Assembly: GCA_008632985.1 (NCBI GenBank)
Contig: QPGO01000067.1
Coordinates: 1 to 64,000, forward strand
Direction of reading: 5' to 3'
From: Psammoneis japonica
Taxonomy: Eukaryota
DNA length: 64,000 bases
Positions 12,173 to 25,700 of the stretch are shown in pieces (the first letter of the stretch is position 1; each line of letters begins with the position of its first letter). The notes beneath the pieces were generated by a model. It searched no databases and was not told the origin of the DNA. It saw only the letters and a list, made by a program, of their open reading frames with translations. The position numbers were made by a program, and so were the translations under genes.

Positions 12173-15100
12173 TCAGGTATGATGCGGTACGACGCGACGT
12201 ATATTCAATCGTTCTGTCACATGAGGTGTGCGTTGGACCGTAAGTGTGCCGTTGGCGTGCACTTGAACGATGGGACATGGACCGTGAGCTCGTGGCTCGA
12301 GCTTGGTTGGGTCGACAGCCTTGAGTAGAACTTGTCCGCCAACTTGAAAATCGCAGGATCGGCATTTAGCGTTGGCTCGATGGAGATTCGCATTGACAAT
12401 CGCTTGTCGGTGTTCTTGAATGGCAGCAAGATCGGCTGGGACCGGCAAGTCAAGAATCATGTCACGTTGAAAAACCACAGCACCGGGTGAAATCTTGAGA
12501 GCACGAGAAACCGCACATCGCATTGCATGCATGGCGGTTGCCAATGCATTGTCCACTAGTTGATTGGCCTGCTCAACATTCTGTGGAGGATAAACATGAA
12601 GCAAAGTGCGCAAGACATTTCCAACAGTTTGATGCATGCGCTCGCATGCTGCATTGGCTTGTGGATTTCGCGACGCAGTCGGAGCGTCTTCCACTCCTGC
12701 TCGTTGCAATGACAATTGAAAGTCCTCTCCAATGAATTCTCCACCATTGTCATGGATGCACCGGTTGGGACGAGGACAACGAGACAACCAACAATTTTCA
12801 AATTGTTGAGCAATGTGAGACGAGGTTTTGTTGTCGATGCGAGTGAGTTCAGTCACATTCGAAACGGCATCAATGCAAGTCAAAGCGTTGAATTCGATTT
12901 CATGGTTTTGAATTTCAATTTTCCAGGGACCGATGAGGTCAACCGCAACTTCCGTCCATGGCAACAAAGGCGCTTCCCGTTCAGGCAGGTCCCCACATCC
13001 AGGGCCCAAAGTTTTCAAACGTTGACAATCAGCACAATGAAATCTTTCACAGGATTGACGAAGGGCAGGATGACAGAAATGTGCGCCAATGGTGGAATGC
13101 ATTCGGTGCACTCCTGCATGTCCCAAAATCCTGTGATGCCATCGCATGATGTCATGCAGCAACGCCGTTGGAACACAAATTTTCCACGCAGTCGGAGGAT
13201 CATTCGGTCGAGCACGATGACAAATTACAGGACGCTGATTCACATGTTCCACAACGAAGCGTTCTGGATGTTGTTGTCGCATGTTGTTCAGCTCCACGTC
13301 GACGAATTGGTGTTCTTGAATTCGTTGCACAGTTGCAGGGTTTTGCATTTCCTCGAGAGAAGGACAGTTCAAAAATGATTCACACAATTTGGGGTCGTCC
13401 ACGACAGAAGAATAAAATGGAGATGGTTCTTCACGACGACAGGAAAAATGAGATGCGCTGTTTTGGTCGTCCAGTTCTTCTTCATGCGGTGGCATGGCAG
13501 GGTCGATCGTCTTAAAATCAATCAGCTTGCCCTTGTCAGGAGCACACTTCCCTTCCGCAGGAGGGTCCACACGCGGCAATCTTGAAAAACAATCCGCCAA
13601 GAGATTGTCTTTGCCATCAACGTATTCGAAAGTTGGGGCAAAATCTTCCAAGAAGAGTCGCCACCTAAGAACTCGTTGAGAATTGAGCGTGCGAAAGGTG
13701 AGATTTTTATGATCCGTAAAAACAGTGCAGTCAGCTCCAAATGACATGCTTCGAAATTCTTTGAAACACATCACCACCGCCAACAATTCTTTTTCAATCG
13801 TAGAGCAGTTCTGTTGTGCTGCGCTGAGTTTCCGGGACCAGCAAGCCACTGGTTTCCCGTCTTGCATAATTGCGGCTCCCATCTGATAGTCCGAAGAGTC
13901 AGTGTAAATGTGGAATGGCTTGTTGTGATTCGGGTGGACCCAAAGGGTGTCGTCCAGCATCAAGGTTTTCACATCTTCAAAGGCTTGTTGACATTCAGGG
14001 GTCCATTCCAACTTGCTCTTGCCTGTCAACTTCGTGAGTGGAGCGAGCACGTGTGAGCGACGAGGCCACATGTTGCGACAATGAGTTGCCGCACCGACAA
14101 ACGATCGTAGTTGCATCACAGTTTTAGGTGGTTGCATTCGCAGCACCGCTTCCACTTTCTTCTTCCACGGTCGGACTCCTGCAGGCGTGAGCCAATGGCC
14201 TAAAAAATCCGTCTCTTGGACACACCATTCGCACTTGAGTGGGTTAATTTTCAGATTGTTCTCTTCTAGTCTGGATGACAGCTCATCGAGTCGACGCATG
14301 TGAGTGTCAAACGAATCATCAAATTGAGCAATGTCATCAATGTAAGTTTCAACATCGATTCCTTTTGCCACTTTTTCAATGATGGCTTGAGCAACATCGG
14401 GAGAGGTTTTCAAACCCATGGCCAATCGACAATGTCGAAATTTTCCAAACGGAGCAACAATGGCACACAAATCCTTGGATTCTTCGTCAAGCTCGACATG
14501 ACAATAAAACACAGTGAGGTCCAACTTGGTCAAGCACTTGCATCCCGAGCGTCGGTGAACAACGTCTTGAATGATCGGCAGAGGGTGGACCTTTCGTTTG
14601 AGTGCCTTGTTTAACTCTCGAAAATCGGATGCCCATCGAACTCGTCCATCCTTTTTGGGAGTCACAAAAGTTCCGGCTGCCCATTCAGTTGGTCCCACTG
14701 GTTCCAGTGCGCCAATGTTACATGGATGTTGCAGTTCTTTCTTAAAAAACGGCTTCATCCCTCTTGGATGCTTCGCAAGCCTTAGAATGGAAGGGAACAG
14801 CGTTGGGATCAACTTCCAAGTGAACAGTCTCATGCGGACATTTGCCAAGCGTTCCATCAAAGAGGGTTTCATGCTTTTCAAGCACAGCCTGCAGCTCATC
14901 ACATTGTTCTTGAGTTGAGTGAGTTTGAGCTTGCGCCACTTTCGCGGATGATGCTTTCTCGTATTTGGCGTCCATCACAAAAGATTGTCCGAAGGCTTCC
15001 TCATCGTCTTCGTCCTCTCCGTCGTCTTCCAGTGTATCCAACCAATTCTGAACTGAGTTCCAATGATTGGATTGCTTCATTGGGATCGACGTTTCCAACC

Positions 15101-15656
15101 ACTTTGTCATTCCAAATCGAAAATCAAGCACGATTCCGGCTTTCGACAAAAAGTCTTGTCCCAAAATTAAATCACACTTGCATGGGGCATCAAAAACTTG
15201 AGCCGCAATGCTGTCGACTTGTTTTGACTTGTCAAATTCTGGCAATGTCAAGTCCTTCATAACAACGTGTCGGGAGGATTCATGTCGTCCGGCTGCCGTC
15301 TGAAAGCTCAACCGTCCTTCATCGTTCATGGTTGGATTTGCTCCCTTCGGCAAAACTCGAGAATGAACAAGAGTGTCAGCACCTCCTGAATCCAACAGCA
15401 CTCGCAACACTCGCTCACTCTCTTGATTTTGAATGGCACGCGCCGCCATCAACGTCGTTGGCACCACATTCAATGGCTCAGGAGTTGCAGTTTTAGGGGT
15501 TGGCACAGCGCACTCCAAAACGCCGCCCAATTTTTCTTCATTCACAGTGTGAGATTCCATCAGGTCTCCCACATTGTCATCAACATTAAAACACACATTT
15601 TCTTCACGATCACGCGAAACATAAAAAGATTGAGCGACACGCTCTGACTCGGGCAC
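12173..15656 (-). pseudogene. pol: Gypsy A pol (protease, RT, RNase H, integrase), frameshifted near 14750-14900
   Basis: LLDSGG; PKKDGRVR..DFRELN; YIDD; YTDSSDYQMGA; TDHKNL; H..GH..C..C; VDLIGP; DNGGEF; NPQAN..ERMH. Confidence 0.92.
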
Positions 15657-15668
15657 TTCCGTCCCTTG

Positions 15669-16914
15669 TCAATTGCGCCAACTTCGTTGGCCTTGATGGG
15701 TGTGACCGTTCTGATTGCATCCATTTCCACCTCGCATCTCACGAGGCCCTCCTTGATCAAAATGGTGCGACTCCATTTGCCAGCCACCAGGAGGAGCTGC
15801 TCCAGCCGGATTTCCACAGCCTTGGGTGTCACCGTTGGCTTGGGTGCCGTTTTGATTTTGGCAACAGGATCCATTCCCTTGAGAATTCTGGGAGTTGTTA
15901 CAATTGCCGTAACCTTGGCCTCCATGTCCTCCTTGATTGCCACAATTGCCACGTCCTCGACCTTGGAAGTTGCCACGACCGCCTTGACCTTGGGGTCCTC
16001 TGCCTTGGCAGTTTCCTCGGCCTCCACCACGACCTCCGCTACGACCGCCACGGTCGGACCTCGGTCGACAGTTTTGGCTTTCTGGATTCAAAACACAATC
16101 CTTCCACTTGTGGTCGTGATTCGCATGCACCGGGCATCTAGATTCTGGATCCGTTCTGCCACTGTTGCCACGAGAACGTCTTGAAGCTTGAGACGAAGCA
16201 CCATTGCTTTTCCTCTTCTTGTCCTGCTTCTTGTTGCCACTCTTGTCAGCAAAAGATTTCTCGTTGTTCATGCAACTGATGATCTCAGCAAGAGCATCGT
16301 TCGCTGTCGCTCGTCCTGCTCGAGCATGCATCTCACGCCACGGACGAGGAAAACTGTCGAATGTCATCTTTTTCTTCTGAGCTTCGTTGACTTGAGGAGC
16401 ATTTCCTGGAAGTTTGTTGGAGTGCCGAATCAAGGTTTCCATGCGATCTGCATGCGCCTGCACTTCAGATTTGAATGGGTTTTTCAAAGTCAGCAAATGT
16501 TCAATCATCGCATCACGCGCTTCATTGTCACAATAAGACAAGTAAAAACGATTAATTTCCTGATCAAAACGCTCGACAGTTTTATCGGCATTCGTCAATT
16601 GCATTGGTCAAGTTCGCCCACTTGTCCTCTGCAGCATCCGCAAGCACTTCCTCGAAATTTTCGAACAACTCCTCGCCAGCAGTGTGCTCCAATTTCACAG
16701 CAATTTTACGAAAACGATCCTCAACGAACAACAATGCTTCAATGCCATGAGCACCATCAAAACGCGGACACTTTTTTGTACGAGTGCTACCGTCATCATA
16801 CGATTGGGTCAATTTCACTTCCTCCAAGTCAGAATGCTCAAATTTAGCTTCACAGCTGGTGCAAGGCTCCTTCAACGATTCACTCATCATGAAAAAGGGA
16901 ATGCAATTGTTCAA
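15669..16914 (-). pseudogene. gag: Gypsy A gag-like ORF, frameshift at ~16590
   Basis: Lies upstream of the protease; CPVH-x4-H-x4-C knuckle followed by an RGG/N/Q-rich tail. Confidence 0.75.
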
Positions 16915-17581
16915 TGGTCCTCTCCAGGGACTCTACCTTTGACTCCAAATGATGCACTCGGCTCGCCAAATTCTGTTTGTGTCGTTTACGTTGTTGCACT
17001 TGTTTCTGGTGCTCAATGGCCCAAACTGCTGCTCTTGCGCGTGGTTCTCTTTTCTCACGTTTGGTCAATTTGTTTGCATTGTTCCCAGTCTCCATCCAGT
17101 TCTTTGAATCGACTGTAATTACAGTGCAAGGTCTAACGAGATAAAGACTTCAGTGATGACAAAATTGTGAGCGAAAGACCGAGGTGACGAGGGTCGCTTT
17201 CAGCAAAGCCCATTACAACAGCTTCCGTTATGTCTGACAGGTTCATCAATGCCACACGTCAGAAAAATGATGTGCGAGACACTGCACAAACAACACAAGT
17301 CTTTCCAATGACTCATTGTGTGTGTCTGGGTTCGGTTTCTGATCACTGCTTCAAGCACTGCGTTCCACACATTTCACAAGATCTCCGAGAGAGTGGCTCT
17401 GAGAGATCTGTTCTATCTCGTCTCACAATTCGAGCATCTAACAGCACAACATCTACATTGTCAACTATCTCCTGGCGCCATTGGGCACAGCAAATTTACT
17501 CCCCATCTAAATCCAACTTGTTCTTTGCTTCTGCGAAGCCCTCATTGTCGACAGCAAGTCTGGCGAATTGCCCTGACCTAA

Positions 17582-20500
17582 CATGTCAGCTGAAAACTGT
17601 CCTTTCCATCTTGTTCGCCCGGAACGAACAAGCGAAGAACATCGCAAAGATCGTTTTGTGTCTTTCGAGTCTCCAGTCGACCCAAATGATCCTGATGGAC
17701 TCAAGTCCACCATAGAAGTGCGTGCATTGGACAGTGATGACCCTGAAGACACTCTCGCTTTCTTCAAGCGTTGTGAAGAAATCTCTGCTGTCCTCAACAT
17801 TGCAGAGGGAATTCCACGTTTCCGTCCAATCAACCGCCTTTTGACAGGCCAGCCGATGGATGACTGGAACACTGTCATCGATCAGCACGAAGATCGAGAT
17901 CAAGACACTTTTCTTGCGGCACGCGAAGATTGCACCTTGACCAAGATGACCCGCGACATTGCGGCAGACACCAAGGATTGGCTGCAGTCCCTCAAGAAGC
18001 CACGCAATGACACCGTACAGTCATTTCTTCAACGTGTCCGCCAGATCCACGATCTCATCCCATTTGTGCCCTTGCCAACGGACGAAGATGTTGTTGATCC
18101 AATTCCGAAGTTCGCGGAAGCGGAGCTCGTCGTTGTCATCAGAAAATCCGGTCCCAAATCATGGATTCATGACCAAACCAAGGCCAACATTCGAGGATTG
18201 GGCCTCAACCAACAGGTCCAGTGCTGTGAAGGCTTGCGATGCATCGAGCCAAACAATCCTCGAGACAATTCTGGCGGGAATCGCCGGAACAATCGAAACA
18301 ATTCATCCAATCGTCGTGGTGGAAACCAGACGAATCGCAATGACAGGAATCAAGGTGCCAGTTCCAACAGAAGAAATCAACAGTCAAATGACACATGTCC
18401 CACACATGGTGTTGTGCATCCCGGTGGAAGGGAGTGCAACATCATTCGCCGAGAACGCAAACAGCATCAACATAACCGCACCAACCGCGGTCAACAACAG
18501 CAAGGCTCCAACCGCAATCAGAACAGTCAGAGGACTCAGCCAAGTCATCAGTGTGATGCAAGGAGCCATTCTCGTCTTCCAGAAGAGAACAATCAGGTTC
18601 AGAATCAACCTGCTCGTTCGACACAGGTTCGACTCCGCTCGAATCCGAACGACGCTGATGGCGCATCGTCACAAGACATCAACGAAATCTCCGACATGTT
18701 TGAAGAGATGAGTGCCACTCAGGAGTCCCAATTGAAAGTGCCGGACCCTGCATTGACTGCGGAAGCGACGACTCAGTTTCTCAATCGCGAGACAGGCCAA
18801 CACAAATGCTGTCTTGGCCTGCTCGACACTGGAGCGCGTGGCAATTTCGTCAAGCGTGATGCGCTCAAGTCCATTCCTCATTCCATCAAGACTGTGGATG
18901 CAAAAGTCAATGGAAGACACAAAGCAGTCAAATCTTCGCAGCTTGCCACTGTTGAAATCAAGCTCCCAGAATTTACGAGTGCAAAAAAAGCATCTGTTGA
19001 TGCTCACATCGAAGAGAAGGCAATCGGGCGCCATGACATCGTTGTTGGCCGCCGAACGTACCAAAGCCTTGGTCTCATCTTCAATTTCAAGACCAAGAGT
19101 GTCACATGGGACGATGTTGCCATTCCCATGCGTCCAGAAGGATCAATGGATCGAGACGAAATCACAAACATTGATCCTGCCGATGCAGCTTTGCCTGATT
19201 TTATGCTAGCTGCCATTCAACGTCAGACTCGTGCCATTTCTAGCAACGAGTGTGACAAGCATGACTGTCAGAAAATGGCATCGGAATGCAACCATTTGAC
19301 TGAAAGTCAAAAAAGACGACCTGTTGGAATTGTTCGGTCGCTGTCCCAATTTATTTGATGGAACCCTCGGTGCAGTTCCTGGTCCTCCGATCAAACTCCG
19401 AGTCAAGCCTGGCTCTGAGCCTTGTTGTGCCAGGGCTTGCACCACACCTCAAGCCCTTTGTCCCATCGCAAGAAAAGAAGTCGATGAACTTGAAAACATT
19501 GGCGTCATTGCTCGCGACATTGCTTCCGAGTGGGGCGCGCCATGTTCACTCCGACCAAAGAAAAATGGCGGAGTCCGTTTCTTGACCGACTTGCGGTGCC
19601 TCAACTCATGTCTCATTCGCCATCCTCATCCAACACCAAATCCTGATGATGTGATTTGGAAAATCAACGGATTTGCGCACGCCACTTGTTTCGATCTCAA
19701 CCGTGGCTACTGTCATTTCGCACTCGACCGAGAGTCGAGCAAGCTCTGTGCTGTCATCTTGCCGTGGGGCAAGTGTTGCCACCTTCGACTCCCTCAAGGA
19801 GCCATGCCTTCGAGTGACATCTTCCAAGCCTTTGTCAATCGACACTTTGGCGACATGGAAGACACATGTGCTTTCTTCGACAACATTCTTTTGTTTGCAA
19901 AATCAACTTTCGCTCAGCACCTCCAACGAATCAAGCTCGTGCTTCGTCGACTCGATGAGAGCAACCTTTGAGTGCACATTGAAGGCACTTTTCTTGCTGC
20001 TCCTGAGGTTGACTTCTCAGGGTGTCACATCACGAGAAAGGGTGTCACACCTCAGAAGGAAAAGATCATTCCCATCCTTTGTTTTGCTTCTCCCAAGAAC
20101 AAAAGTCAGCTCAGATCGTTCAATGGGTTCGTCAATTTTTGTGAGAAGTTGTGGCACCGCAAGAGCCACACCATGGCACCTCTGTCGGCTGTGGTTTCTC
20201 CTAAAATCAAGTTCAAGTGGACCGATGCCGAAGAACAAGCTTTTCAAGCTATGAAAAAAATTGTTGCTCGCCAAGTTCTGTTGCGCTTCCCTGATTTCGG
20301 TCGCGACTTCCATGTCTATGCCGACGCGAGCGATTGTCAACTCGGCGCCGTCATAACTCAGACATTTGAAGATGGCGAGTGGCCCATTGCATTCTACAGT
20401 CGTGAACTGTCCAGAGCTCAACGCAATTGCACTGCCATGGAGAAGGAATTGCTGTCCATCGTCGAAACAATGAATGCGTTTCGTAACATCCTATTTGGAT

Positions 20501-21860
20501 GTTGAGTGCATGCCAAGACCGACCACAAAAACTTGACCTTTGACAGGTTTAAGTCGGAACGCGTCAAACGTTGGCGTCTCTTGTTGGAAGAGTGTGATTG
20601 CACTTTTGAACATTGTCCTGGCAAGAACAACATCATCTCTGACTTTTTGAGTCGCTGTCCAGTCATCGACGTCTCTGCTGACGACTTTGAAGAAGCCATG
20701 ACTCTGAAACTCTCTGAAAATGAATTTCCAGTAACCTGTGACCGCATTGCGGAACATCAAGCCGCCGACAAGTCTCTTCAACTTCGTAAGACAACTTCTT
20801 CCATTTGTGCAAGCCATCAGTTTCAGAAACATCGCATCATTCTACGGAACGACAAGATCGTCCTTCCACCCACCTTGTTCCCAGCCGTGTTGCGCTGGTG
20901 TCACGATTCTCTCTGCCATCCTGGAGCTAATCGCACCTACCTCACTCTTGCTTCCCACTTCTACACTCGAAACATGCAAGAACTGGTTCGCCGTTTCGTC
21001 CGTGAATGCCAAATCTGTCAAAAACAAAAACGCACCGTGAAACAGTGCGGCGAATTACCACCACCAGATGTCGTGTGCAAACCGTGGCAAGTTGTGCAAG
21101 TCGATCTCTTTGGGCCCCGGACGTTTGCCGACATCAACGGCATTGACCGATCCATCAAGGCCGTCTCTGTGATCGACGTTGCCACTCGTTGGCCCAAATT
21201 GTCATCATGCAGTTCCAAGACCTCCGAAAACATCTCACCAATCGTGGATTGGGTGTGGTTCTGTCGTCATCCGCGACCCGAGTCCGTCATTTATGACAAC
21301 GGACCGGAATTCACGTCTGAATTTACCGGCTTGCTTGACAGCTGCGGAGTTGAGCCCAAGCCTGCGACCCCGTTAAAAATCCACAAGCGAACGCGATTGT
21401 CGAGTGCATCCACCAAGTCATTGGCGATTCCATCCGATCTGTGGATCTCAGCTCAAGACCTTTTGATGATTCAACAATCGAAGGTGTGCTTCAATCCGTC
21501 GCATGGGCTCTGCGCAGTGCCTGCCACACAGCCCTTGTGTCCACTCCTGCTCAGTTGGTCTTCGGCCGTGACATGGTCATTTCTGCGACATGTCTGGCTA
21601 ATTGGAAATTTATCAACAAACGTCGTGCTCAAAACGTCCTGCGCAACAACGCGCATGAAAATGCCAACCGTTTGCCTTGCAATCACAAGGTCGGTGATCA
21701 AGTTTGTGTGACCACCAAGGACGTCCAACGCAAGTTAAACCCCAAAGAGGGTCCATTCGCATCGCACGCATTCACACCAACGGTGCAGTCACCATCCAGC
21801 ACTCTCCCGACGTCACTGAACGGATCAACATCCGTTGTCTTCACCCTGTCTTCTAAACTG
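17582..21860 (+). pseudogene. Gypsy B gag-pol with several stops and frameshifts
   Basis: CPTH..H..C knuckle; LLDTGARG; PKKNGGVRFLTDLR; YADASD; EKELLSIV; TDHKNL; HDSLCHPG..CQIC; VDLFGP; DNGPEF. Confidence 0.92.
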
Positions 21861-22745
21861 TCCAGTTGGGGAAGCGAGTGCTGTGGGTGTGTGTGTCTGT
21901 CCGTAAGTGCATTGTGTGCGTGTCTCATCCATGTGCATCAGAGTTCTTCAGAATGTTCTCCGCATTCTCTGTGAGTCATTTCAACAACTTATCCCAAACA
22001 ACACAAGTCTTTCCAATGACTTGTTGTGTGTGTCTGGGTTCGGTTTCTGATCACTGCTTCAAGTGCCACGTTCTGCACATTTCACAAGATCTCCGAGAGA
22101 GCAGCTCTGAGAGATCTGTTCTATCTCGTCTCACAATTCGAGCATCCAACAGTGTGACATCTACATCATCAACTGTCTCCTGGCGCCATTGGGCAAACTG
22201 TTCCGGCAGCATTGCCGCACAAGTCCCCTGAGGGCACATGCGAGCAATGAAGTGCCCAGCACAGTTTGAACATCCGGGGAGCGTCACATTCACAAGGAGG
22301 CTGAGATCCGCCTTGACATTCATCGCCCCAATTGTCATCAAGAGAATGAGCGGCAGCAGCTTAGAAGCAAGTCGTGACAAGAACACACTTTGACATGCTC
22401 CAAAAGACAAGTTCGAATGATGATGTCGTGGTGTTGTGAGGACAGAATTTGCAGTCTCTGGCAACCCAGTGTGAGCCAATGGTTTGATTAGAACCAAGTT
22501 GACAACTGGCCTTGTGATGAACACAGATGAACTGGTTGTGATCACTTTGAATTTCGAAAAGGTGAGAAGACGAACGTCTCAACAAGTGTTTTCCGACAAG
22601 TGTTTGAGATGTCTTCAACAATTTGGGGGCCGCACGTGTGAACAATTTGGGGCCACAGAAATCGAATGTTGACAATCGGATGTCGCAGATGTCGCGAGGC
22701 ACAAATGGACGTCAACAGTCACACTCCCTCATTCGATGAGATGGG

Positions 22746-25700
22746 TCACCAGCCGAAAAGCAAATGACGGAGCTCATGGAAAGCCGCCTTGGGCAGCTGT
22801 TTCGTGAAGATGTCGGCTTGTTGATCGGCAGTGTGAATGGGTTGAACTTCAATGCGACCGTTGGCGACTTCGTTGCAAAAGTGGTGAAGCATGACGTTGA
22901 AGTGTCGAGTGCGTGGGCGCATTTTGGGTGCGCGAGCGATCTCCATTGCGGCGGAGTTGTCCTCGAACATCGTGCAATGCATGACAGGTGTCGTTTTCAC
23001 ATTGGTGTTTTTTTCCTTGAGTTCTTCCAACAGACACATGATAGATTTCACATGTCTGGCAGCTGCAGAGAGGGCAATGTGTTCAGATTCTGCGCTGCTG
23101 AGAGCAAACATTGTTTGCAGCTTGGAAGACCAATGCAGGGGCACATTTGCAAACTTGACAGCAAAACCAGAGCAAGAGCGAGCGGCATCAGGATGGTTTG
23201 CTGCGACAGCCTTGTCCCAGTTGCCACAAAAATCAGCATCAACACAGCAATCAAGGCCACGTGTGTCGTCTGGTTTGATGATGCATCCTTCATTTCGGGT
23301 GGCTGGCAGACATCTTCCAATGTGTTTGATGGCAGCGCCGTGAGAAGCTTTGGGATTCGACGTGAAGCGGGCGCATTGGTGAGCAGCATGTGCAATGTCA
23401 CCTCTTGTTGATTTTTCTAAGAAGTTCAGTTTTCCAATGACAGAGCGGCAGTTCCATGATTCCTGAAAAGGTGCGCCATCCGGATCGGGTCCGATGAGTT
23501 TTGCAGTGCTTGCTGGGAGCTCATGTGTCTTGGTGTTGTTTGAATTCGAGTTGTTGCAAGTGCCAATGAGACCAAGGTCTTGGAGAATGCTGTCAACGAG
23601 TTGTGGTTGGTGCAGTTTGAAAGAGCCGTCCGGTGACGTTTCGATTTTGACGCCAAGGCAGTCACCAATGTCGCCTTCATCGGACATGCGTGCACATGCA
23701 CCGAGATCCTTGATACATTGATCAATCTTAGCATCCGAAGGATCGAATGTAAGACCGTCATCGGTGCAAACTGGGAACATGGTCGTTCCACGGCAGAAAA
23801 CACATTCGTCGAATGAAGACTGTGTAAAACCAATGTCGAGTAGCACGTCTCGTAAGAATATAAACCACGTTCGTCCAGCGTCTTTTCCACCACATATGTT
23901 TTTCAATGCTTCCAAACAATGCTTGTTGCGATCCAAATTAGGAAAGTTGATGCCTCTTGGCAGTTCCACAAAGGTGGGCCTTGGAATGTCAGCGTGTGGA
24001 TGTGCCAATACAAAGTCAACTTGTCTTGATTTCCATTTGAAGAGGATGGAGAGAATAAGGAATAGACGGATGATAGTCCAAGAAAGTGTTGGAGCACAGG
24101 TTTCCTCGTAATGTTTTCCTTTCTTCATTTTGTGTCCTCCCAAGTTGAGTCGACTTTTCCACTTGCATGCTTTGCGTGTGCCGATACGTCGCTTGCGCTT
24201 CATAGACCATATTGCAGGAAGAATAGTCTCACCCTGTGGTACATCAGCCTTTTCAATAACTCGCCAATGTTTCCTATCGGTATGGTCTTGGACTTCTTTA
24301 ACCACAGCTTTCTTGAATTCGTGAGCGTCTGGTTCGCGAAGAGCCTCGTGCATGTAGAGAGTGTCCGGGTCATTGGAAGCTTTCATGCTGTACAAAATGG
24401 GGTCTTCTAGTTGATTTCGGTCGTCGTCGATGAGATACATGTCCTGGGCAATAGCTTCATAAGTGGTTGCAGCGTATGAGACAATATTTTGTTGACGTTG
24501 AAGTTGTGACTCAATGGCCCTTTGGGTCATTTGGACTTTACGACCAGAGCGAGTTGTGACCGTTGGTGTTGGCGATCCTGAGTCGGCTGCAGAAGTTTCA
24601 GAAGTCTCGTTTGTTGTTGATGGACCTCCCTCATTTGGTGGAGTAGCGGTCTCTGTTTGATCCGAGTGGCTTAGAGATGATCCTGTATCATTTGTATTGT
24701 CCATATCAGTTGGTGGTAAGTCCGATACATCTGGAGTAGGAGCTGCAGTCACCTTACGTCTTGACTTATCAGTTGTTTTTGCAGAGAATCTGACGCGTGC
24801 TTGTTTCTTGTAATGACACTTTTCTTGCCATACACTTCGAGGGATGACGGATGAGCCTTTGACAGTCTCAAATAGGTCGTCAAATTTGACATGGTATTGT
24901 GGAGAGGCAAGTCCTGTTTCAAGGTTAAGGATGAGTGCCACAGATCTGGCGTGTCTGGGTGAAGGTCCGAGGTAGATACCCACTCGTGCTCTTGTTTCCC
25001 ACTTTGGTAGATGAGAGCCTGACTGTAACTTGTTCTTTAACACATGTGCAGGACATCCAAAAGAGTGGAAGTGTCGTAGTTTTGGTTTGACTTGCACGTT
25101 TGCGAAGAGCTCTATTGGAGATTCGTTTCCAGGAGATCTGGCGGTGTGATTGTGCACGTTGTTGGCATAGCGTATAGCACATGGCCATAAGTGGTGATCA
25201 ATAGCGTTTGGCCAGCGATGGTGAGCGTGTATAAGTTGTGTTCTCGCTTGCTCTTGTAGGTCTCTAATGCGTTTTTCTGCTCTGCCGTTCTGAAAGTGTG
25301 CATTGACTCCGCAATGGGTCACATGCTGCCCTTGTTGACGTACCGATTTGATGAATGCGTTGTCGGCGAATCGTCCATTGTCGGCGTGACAGTGTTGGAT
25401 ACGGACTCCGAGGGAGCGGGCAAATGCTTCATAAGCAACTTTGGCGTGTAGCGTTTCTTCTGAGGTGATCGATTTTTGTAAGCACACGAAGGACAGGTCG
25501 CTATAATGGTCGACGAAGACCGTGACGTAGCGACATCGTTGACGTGTTGGCATGCCCTTGAGTTGAGCTGTTAGTCCAGGCGTGGTGGCGTCGAGTTGGT
25601 CGACTGATGCTACTTGGCCGGCAGCAGTGGCTTTGAAAATTTTGGTTTGTTGTGTGCCCTTGGTTCGCCATGGTACCTTGGTGGCTTTACCATAGCGGCA

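Larger units (their letters stand above)
11899..17286 (-). mobile_element. Ty3/Gypsy LTR retrotransposon A, 162-bp LTRs (11899-12060, 17125-17286), 5-bp TSD CAAAC
   Basis: TG..CA LTRs; CAAAC at 11894-11898 and 17287-17291; PPT (ctcttcccttcc on +) at 12061-12072. Removing A restores the LTR of element B. Confidence 0.95.
11814..22195 (+). mobile_element. Ty3/Gypsy LTR retrotransposon B. The 5' LTR (~11814-11898 plus 17292-17487) is split by element A; 3' LTR ~21879-22195
   Basis: Direct repeats, PPT ggggaagcgag before 21879, and gag-PR-RT-RH-INT order. Confidence 0.9.
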
